Program-made: the position numbers and the translations under genes
Source: a virus
DNA: 64,000 nt
IMG/VR virus record: IMGVR_UViG_3300045009_000924
Location: 1 to 64,000 of that record
Direction: 5' to 3' (one strand)
In this document: piece by piece, positions 57,887 to 64,000 of the stretch
Position numbering within the stretch: the first letter of the stretch is position 1
Layout of the letters: the number at the start of each line of letters is the position of its first letter
The notes under the pieces: generated by a model
What the model was told of the DNA's origin: nothing
Seen by the model: the letters and a program-made list of their open reading frames with translations, nothing else
The model's database searches: none

Positions 57887-59888
57887 CCATAAAAACAATG
57901 TTTATATTTACAGGGTTGTACTTGCGAAAATGGAAAACCAACAACCCAAAGACCATTTGCGCGGAATGACAATTCGAAATGACAAAAACATAGTTATGTT
58001 CAAAGCTCTTTCAAAAAGACACGGAAATAATAGGAGAAAAGTTGTTTCGGCTGATTTGGGTGGGATGCAATTCAAGGCAAATGTGGGTAGGCAGATTGCA
58101 AGAAGCGTAATCAGCACAATAGTTCCCGGGGACATGAGTCCGTATCGCTCTCCGGTTAGGTCGGCATTTTGGAGAACGGTAACACCGGGCTTTGGTGGGG
58201 GTAGGCGCGGTGGCTCAATGCCTGGGGAAAATCGCGGATATAGATGCCCGGAGGGCTATCAATATGGCGGAAGATTTACCGATAATAGATTGTCGACATG
58301 TGGTGCACAATTGTTCGATATACCATCTCCGCTTGGCGCTGCGTTGAGAGCCATTAGAAATGCAATAAATCCGAACGTATCAAGAACAACCGGAAAACCG
58401 ATATCGGGAATTCGTGGAGATAGTGAAATAATAGTTCGGCGAGCTCCGGTTATTCCAAAAGTTTCTTCTGATAACAGGGCAGAAGTTTCTCGAGTTGTCT
58501 TAGACCTCGTGAACCAAATAGGAAAATTTAATAAATCTTCAAACGAAATAGCCAGAAGAATGGTTAGGCGTGATGGATTTGTTCTAGAACCGGTTGTGCC
58601 AAATAAGGTTTTACGTGCAATACCAGATAACAGAGACATGGAGGGCGCAACAATGTTGATGTCGGCAATCTCTGCGGCGGGCATAGGGGGAGAAGAGTTG
58701 GGTTTGCTTTCAAACACCGGGATTAAATCTTTGATTTATGTTCTTCCCGGTGGTTCAACATTAACACTAGAAAAAGCAAGAAAGCTTTCGATTGGCGAAA
58801 GAAGAAAACTTGGCAGAGTCGTAAATTCCGCTGCAGAATTAGACAATAGAGACGACCCGGCAAAAAGGCTTCAATTTGTTGCGTCGGAAATAGGTTCTGG
58901 AATATCTTATACAGAAAATTTCGTCGGTATAAAAAATCCAAACGAGCGAATCGGAAAAAACCTTGCCTGGGTCAACACTCTTTTCAAAAATAGAAAATTG
59001 ATTAAACCAGAAATGACCGGAACAGAAAGAGAAACTATTTCATTTGCTGCAAAAAGAAAACTAATAAAAAATACCGAATACGCACTAAGGCATATTGCGT
59101 CTGGTGGAAACATTTCCGATATTCATCCATCAATAATAGCGGAAGTGCTAAAACGTTCTTTAAATGTTTCAAAAAGAGAACTACAGGGAAACATAACCGC
59201 AATAGATGTGAACGGAAGGGGTTATTTGATTTACGGTAAACCGAAAAAATTTCAACATATCGGTGAAAGATTTGCCTCTGATGTTCAGCAACATTTGGGA
59301 CTGGAATCGCCCGATGTATTTTTCATTGGGAAACAGGGGAATGTGAGAAGCTATTTGAGAGATGATATTTCTTCTGTTATTCCCGACGGTGTTTTCAATC
59401 CTCAAAAAACTTTTAATGAATTAGATATGAATGATGTGGCCAGAATTATGGTTGCAGATTTTTTGACAGACCAAAGAGAAAGACCAAATACATCAATTTA
59501 CGCAGTAGACACAAATGAGGGTACGCGTGCGGTTTTGGCACAAAATACAAGTTCCGGATTGGCGGATTTGTCGAAATTGGAAATAACAAAAAGAATGAAA
59601 ATCAGACTCTCTGATTTTTACGAGTCTGGTCTTGTCCCTGCATATTCGGATTACTATCAGAAACTAAGAGCAGAACAAAGAATTTTATTCATAAAGTTTA
59701 TTTCACAAATGATTAACAGAGCAAAATCATTTAATCCATCAAAATTCGCAGACAATCTAAATGTATATGGAATTTCTGAAGGTGAAAGAATACATCTTGA
59801 AATAATTACAAAATTGTTTAATGACAGAATTGAAGTTTTGTCAACTCAAAAAGAATTACTCAGAGAAATTTTAACGGAAAGAAAATAA
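57879..59888 (+). CDS. Head-associated protein with RCPxG motif, degenerate JAB-like and HipA/PI-kinase-like domains
   Basis: ERFASDVQQHLGLESP...DFLTDQRER resembles a kinase fold lacking catalytic residues; start uncertain. Confidence 0.6.
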   Translation: MDNHKNNVYIYRVVLAKMENQQPKDHLRGMTIRNDKNIVMFKALSKRHGNNRRKVVSADLGGMQFKANVGRQIARSVISTIVPGDMSPYRSPVRSAFWRTVTPGFGGGRRGGSMPGENRGYRCPEGYQYGGRFTDNRLSTCGAQLFDIPSPLGAALRAIRNAINPNVSRTTGKPISGIRGDSEIIVRRAPVIPKVSSDNRAEVSRVVLDLVNQIGKFNKSSNEIARRMVRRDGFVLEPVVPNKVLRAIPDNRDMEGATMLMSAISAAGIGGEELGLLSNTGIKSLIYVLPGGSTLTLEKARKLSIGERRKLGRVVNSAAELDNRDDPAKRLQFVASEIGSGISYTENFVGIKNPNERIGKNLAWVNTLFKNRKLIKPEMTGTERETISFAAKRKLIKNTEYALRHIASGGNISDIHPSIIAEVLKRSLNVSKRELQGNITAIDVNGRGYLIYGKPKKFQHIGERFASDVQQHLGLESPDVFFIGKQGNVRSYLRDDISSVIPDGVFNPQKTFNELDMNDVARIMVADFLTDQRERPNTSIYAVDTNEGTRAVLAQNTSSGLADLSKLEITKRMKIRLSDFYESGLVPAYSDYYQKLRAEQRILFIKFISQMINRAKSFNPSKFADNLNVYGISEGERIHLEIITKLFNDRIEVLSTQKELLREILTERK

Positions 59889-59889
59889 A

Positions 59890-60687
59890 ATGAAAAAAAT
59901 TAATAAAATATCAATAGTCAAAGACGTATTTACAAACACCCCACACGTTATGGCAATTTCGTCCGACGAAGAAATAAAAATTAAAGCAATTACCGAATAT
60001 GGAAAATTGATAATTAAGGAATATAATTATCAAAATGGGTATATAAATGCTGGTGTTCCAGATGGATTCGTAAAAACAGACTTCAAGCAACTTACTCCCA
60101 ACATGGAAAAAATGTTTTCTGCTGCATTTGACGAAATAGGCTGGAACACGCAAAAAGTTAACGAAATGACAACAAAAATAATTAATTATCAAAAAACAAA
60201 ATCTTTTATATCAAGAAACGCAAATATAAGGAAATCAAACTCATTTAAGAGCCCTTCAAGCAGGTCTCTGTTCAAATTTAAAAATAAAATAAACAAGATA
60301 AATATTTTAAATTACAAAGCAAAAACATTCAAAGATAACAACACAACAAGTGCTTTGGTTGAAAAAATAAAATCAAGAGAACTTGCATTTGACAGAAAAA
60401 CAAATACAATCGCCGCGAAAAAAAACGATTTATTTTCTCAAAATACGCTTGATTTAATAAATCAAGATTCAAAAAATATTCGTCTGCTTAGACGACATTT
60501 CGGTGAAAAAAACGAAGACTTTATTAATATGGCGAAAAAATACAAGAGACGGACATTGCGAAGAGCGACAAAAATATCAGAAAAAAAATTATTTGACGAT
60601 ATTGAAGAGAAAAACATTTTCGGATTTCAAAAGTTTAATACTTCAATAAGAACAAAACTTAAAAGAAAAACCGGGAAGAAAAAATGA
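59890..60687 (+). CDS. Basic K/N-rich hypothetical protein
   Basis: Clean ORF abutting its neighbours. Confidence 0.6.
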   Translation: MKKINKISIVKDVFTNTPHVMAISSDEEIKIKAITEYGKLIIKEYNYQNGYINAGVPDGFVKTDFKQLTPNMEKMFSAAFDEIGWNTQKVNEMTTKIINYQKTKSFISRNANIRKSNSFKSPSSRSLFKFKNKINKINILNYKAKTFKDNNTTSALVEKIKSRELAFDRKTNTIAAKKNDLFSQNTLDLINQDSKNIRLLRRHFGEKNEDFINMAKKYKRRTLRRATKISEKKLFDDIEEKNIFGFQKFNTSIRTKLKRKTGKKK

Positions 60688-61454
60688 AAGAGTTAATTAA
60701 AAAAGCGCAAGCTCTAAAAACCGCACGTGAAATAGGATGCAGTGGTGCGCACAAAGACAAAAATGGAAATTGGATGCCGTGCTCTTCTCACGAAGAATTA
60801 ATTCGAATATCAGAGTTGGCAGAAACTTCAAAATGGAGAACTGTTGTTCCTGGTGAATCAAAGAAAGCATTAAGAAAAATCGGAAAAAATAAAAGAAAAA
60901 GATTTCAAGACGAGTGGGCAGAAATAAAAAAACAAAACCAGGGAGAGTGGGAGGAGCTCAGGGAGAAGCCCATATCGGGAATAGAGTCCCTACCCGGCGG
61001 CGGTCTTGTTTCCGGCGACCTTTTTGCCGGGAAATCAGCGAATGGCCCGTGTTGGCCCGGATACAAACAGGTAGGTATGAAAATTGGGAAGAGGGGCAAG
61101 CTGGTGCCGAATTGTGTTCCTGTCGACAATAAATCTGCAAAGGGTCCAGAATATGTTCGAGATAATGACCCCGATGTTTTTATTGATGCCGAATCGGCGC
61201 GAGCGAGAGCCAGGCAAATCGGTTGTATAGGGATTAGTAGAAGAATTAGTAAAACCGGTCGGTCGGTCTGGATGCCATGCACAAATATGACCGATTATGC
61301 AAATAGAACAGGTTCAACACCATTGGGTAAATTAAATATTGAAAAAAGAAGAAACGATGAAACCAGCAGGGCAGTGCGAACAATTCTTGCAGCACGAGAC
61401 AAAGTGAGATTAAAAAGAAAAGTTTCTTTATTCCAACAATTAAAATCAAAATGA
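60684..61454 (+). CDS. Head-associated protein with repeated Cys micro-domains
   Basis: Two AR.IGC.G...WMPC repeats and one CWPGYKQVGMK...VPNCVP motif. Confidence 0.65.
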   Translation: MKELIKKAQALKTAREIGCSGAHKDKNGNWMPCSSHEELIRISELAETSKWRTVVPGESKKALRKIGKNKRKRFQDEWAEIKKQNQGEWEELREKPISGIESLPGGGLVSGDLFAGKSANGPCWPGYKQVGMKIGKRGKLVPNCVPVDNKSAKGPEYVRDNDPDVFIDAESARARARQIGCIGISRRISKTGRSVWMPCTNMTDYANRTGSTPLGKLNIEKRRNDETSRAVRTILAARDKVRLKRKVSLFQQLKSK

Positions 61455-61484
61455 CTATTTACACACTTTTGATAACAAAATTAA

Positions 61485-61521
61485 ATAGTTCCACTATTAA
61501 GTGTAAATAATCTGTTATTTT
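61485..61521 (+). promoter_or_regulatory. Putative capsid promoter ATAG-TTCCAC-N21-TATTTT, overlapped by the inverted repeat tatttacac/gtgtaaata
   Basis: Similar to the GATAGTTGCA elements; inverted repeat at 61456-61464 and 61501-61509. Confidence 0.35.
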
Positions 61522-61600
61522 GGAATATCACAGGGCTGGGTGCTTTCCTGAGCCGAGTAAAAAAAAAATCAATCCAACCCTCTCAATACAGGAGAAAAAA

Positions 61601-63004
61601 ATGTCGCAAGACAAAGCAAGAATCGATGAGCTTCAAACAGCCCTTCGCTCAAAGATGGCAGAGAATAAAAACATCGCTGATTCATTTAAAGTTGAAGACG
61701 GCACTGTCGTTGTTTCGGCAGAACAGAAAACAACATTCGACAAAAACATGCGTGACATCAAAGAAATCAAGTCACTCATTTCCGACCTCGAGTCAATGCA
61801 GGAAGTTTCCTCATGGGGCTCGGAGCAGAAAGAGACAAGTGTTGGTGCCGAATATTCAGCTGCAAATGCCGAAGTTGGTCAGTTGACATCACGTGAGCTT
61901 AAGACAATTGGCGAAATGTTCACGGAATCGCCAGAATTTAAAGCTCTAAACAACGGTCGCAATGGTGCAAACATGTCATCCCCATGGCAGATAAAGGCTT
62001 CATTGACCGGCCTGCAAGTGAAGGATGTCTTCACGGCGATGCCGACAGTCGGCAATCTCTCAGGATTCACCCGTGGAGGTGGCCTTGGTGATTTCGGCAG
62101 TGTTCAGCGCGATGCGATGATTACTCCGCCACAGAGAACACGTCGCGTGCGCGACCTGTTTCCAGTTCGTCGCACAACGGCTGCTGTAATTGAGTACTTC
62201 CGTCAGATTGGCTTCACATCGCTTGAGGCCCCAGGCGTAGACCACGCCAATGGCGTAACATACTCAACAAACAATGCAGCATCAACAGTTGCCGAGCGCT
62301 CCGGGAACGCGTTTGGAGCCAAGCCGCAGTCGTCATTCAAGTTCGTTGGTGAGCAGGCACCGGTTCGCACAATGGCGCACTGGGAAGCTGCACATCGCAA
62401 CGTTCTTGCCGATGAGCCGCAGTTGCGGTCAATCATTGACAATGAGCTGATGTACGGTCTGCGCCTTCTTGAGGATGCACAGATTCTCAATGGCAACGGC
62501 GCCGGCGAAAACCTCATGGGTGTCATGAATACGCCGAGCATTCAGGAGTACTCATGGTCAGATGGTGCCACTGAGCCAGTTTCGGACACAAAAGCCGACG
62601 CACTCCGTCGCGCCGCAACCCTCTCGTTCCTCGCGTACTACGAGCCATCTGGCATTGTGATGCACCCGAACGATTGGGAAGACATCGAGTTGACAAAAGA
62701 CGCAAACGGTCAGTACCTCCTTGCTGTGTCAATCGCACAGGGTGGCGCGCCACGCGTCTGGAGAATGCCGATTGTTGACACGCCGGCCATGCCAGAGGGC
62801 TTCGCCCTTGTTGGAGCATTCGGTACAGCTGCACAACTTTACGACAGAGAGGAAGCAAGCATACGCATTAGCGAACAGCATGCAGACTTCTTCATTCGCA
62901 ATGCAATCGTGATTCTTGCCGAGCAGCGCCTTGCGCTGGCTGTCAAGCGTCCGGAGGCTTTCGTCAAAGTTGAATTCGATGGGGCACCCTCCGTCTCCAT
63001 CTGA
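61601..63004 (+). CDS. HK97-fold major capsid protein with N-terminal delta domain
   Basis: AGGAG RBS; RVRDLF, KPQS, TMAHW, ED.QILNGNG, MHPNDW and AEQRLALAV.RPEAF motifs. Confidence 0.95.
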   Translation: MSQDKARIDELQTALRSKMAENKNIADSFKVEDGTVVVSAEQKTTFDKNMRDIKEIKSLISDLESMQEVSSWGSEQKETSVGAEYSAANAEVGQLTSRELKTIGEMFTESPEFKALNNGRNGANMSSPWQIKASLTGLQVKDVFTAMPTVGNLSGFTRGGGLGDFGSVQRDAMITPPQRTRRVRDLFPVRRTTAAVIEYFRQIGFTSLEAPGVDHANGVTYSTNNAASTVAERSGNAFGAKPQSSFKFVGEQAPVRTMAHWEAAHRNVLADEPQLRSIIDNELMYGLRLLEDAQILNGNGAGENLMGVMNTPSIQEYSWSDGATEPVSDTKADALRRAATLSFLAYYEPSGIVMHPNDWEDIELTKDANGQYLLAVSIAQGGAPRVWRMPIVDTPAMPEGFALVGAFGTAAQLYDREEASIRISEQHADFFIRNAIVILAEQRLALAVKRPEAFVKVEFDGAPSVSI

Positions 63005-63036
63005 TTCGAATAGCTTGGGCTAAATCACCAAGAACG

Positions 63037-63090
63037 GGCCCCTGGGCAAAGGCTGCAACATAGCCTGAACCCGGGGGTCAATTCTTTCTA
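63037..63090 (+). terminator. Hairpin after the capsid gene, probable intrinsic terminator
   Basis: ggcccctggg/cccgggggtc stem with inner aggct/agcct stem, followed by a T-rich tract. Confidence 0.6.
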
Positions 63091-63134
63091 TCTGCATGTA
63101 TTGACTGTGAGAGAATATATAGGTGGGTGTACCA

Positions 63135-64000
63135 ATGAAAGACAAAAACAAAGACGACGAAAATTTGTTTTTAGAACTTGAAGCAATTGGCGAAGCAATC
63201 GAAATAGAAAATGAAATTCTAGAGGCTTCGGAAAAATCATTTGTAGAATTGAAACAAGAAGAATTTAATCCAATTTATGATGAGTACTATAATTCAAAAG
63301 TAGTTGGCAAATTTGTGTTTGTTGACATTGAAGAAAAATCAGCATCCGGGAAAAAACTAAAAGACCCACGAGGGGGATTAACGGCAGCCGGACGTGCGCA
63401 TTTTAAAAAAACAGAGGGCGCAAACCTAAAACCAGGAGTAAGAGGTCCGGCAAATACCCCAGAAAAAATGCGCCGAAAAGGTTCATTTTTGACTCGTTTT
63501 TTTACAAATCCATCCGGACCAATGAAGGATAAAAAAGGAAGAGCAACCAGGCTGGCCTTGTCGGCATCAGCGTGGGGCGAACCGGTTCCGGGTGATGCAG
63601 AAGCGGCAGCACGCCTAGCGGCAAAAGGTAGAAGATTGCTAGAACGCTATGCAAAGACAAAGAAAAAAGAACTTGAATCTTTTGAAAATATTCAATCAAA
63701 AGAAGTTAATGAAATTTTTTCTAAAGCACTCGGACAGTCCATAGGGCAGATGGCCGGAGCAAAACCCAGTGCAGACGAGGCAATCGACCACGACATGGAT
63801 GGCATGATTTTTGATGGAACCCCCCAGGAACAGAGAAAACCATACAAAAAGGGAAGCGACTCTTGGGGGCGCGAACAGGGAATGGATTACGAAAAGCGAA
63901 GAAGAGCCTTTGTTCGCCAAGAACTTGCACGTCAGGGTATAAAGCGCCGAAGGGGTCCACAGCGAACAGAAGCGGAGCGGCTTGCTCGCACCCGCGCACG
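63135..64000 (+). CDS. Head-associated protein with DUF6321-like domain (runs off the window end)
   Basis: Manual translation from ATG 63135: KDPRGGLTAAGRAHFKKTEGANLKPGV...RLALSASAWG, then DHDMDGMIFDGTPQE; no stop before 64000. Confidence 0.7.
   Translation, partial: MKDKNKDDENLFLELEAIGEAIEIENEILEASEKSFVELKQEEFNPIYDEYYNSKVVGKFVFVDIEEKSASGKKLKDPRGGLTAAGRAHFKKTEGANLKPGVRGPANTPEKMRRKGSFLTRFFTNPSGPMKDKKGRATRLALSASAWGEPVPGDAEAAARLAAKGRRLLERYAKTKKKELESFENIQSKEVNEIFSKALGQSIGQMAGAKPSADEAIDHDMDGMIFDGTPQEQRKPYKKGSDSWGREQGMDYEKRRRAFVRQELARQGIKRRRGPQRTEAERLARTRA

Noticed and set aside
1-64000. tRNA genes, integrase, transposase, DGR or stop-codon recoding
   Set aside because: None recognised; intergenic gaps are short and core genes are intact in the standard code

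Overview
The whole window is the virion-morphogenesis region of a large AT-rich tailed phage with an HK97-type head and a contractile tail; an actinobacterial host is a guess from gene-family flavour only. The minus strand (1-29.5 kb) runs terminase large subunit, recombination/nuclease genes, a ParB/IbrA-IbrB-like (PAPS-reductase) module, neck, sheath, tube, tail chaperone (probable -1 frameshift), tape measure, baseplate, fibre genes, a Thr-rich mucin-like protein and a GT60-like glycosyltransferase. The plus strand (29.5-64 kb) runs portal, a 4,803-aa prohead-protease-fused polyvalent protein, an acidic PepSY protein, a 2,836-aa polyvalent protein, several head-associated proteins and the major capsid protein. 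Best candidate for an undescribed system: the pentapeptide RLSSG occurs 12 times exactly, plus about 10 close variants, written with varied synonymous codons. The exact copies are confined to the three proteins expected to be ejected into the host (the two giant head proteins and the tape measure), and they sit at domain boundaries. This suggests virion polyproteins cut into separate effectors (ArdC-zincin, two SF1 helicases, a sigma70-R4-like HTH, ParB-like and ART-like domains), possibly with a co-packaged PepSY inhibitor. All domain calls are by-eye motif recognition, not database searches. No rRNA, tRNA, CRISPR array, integrase or IS was seen.
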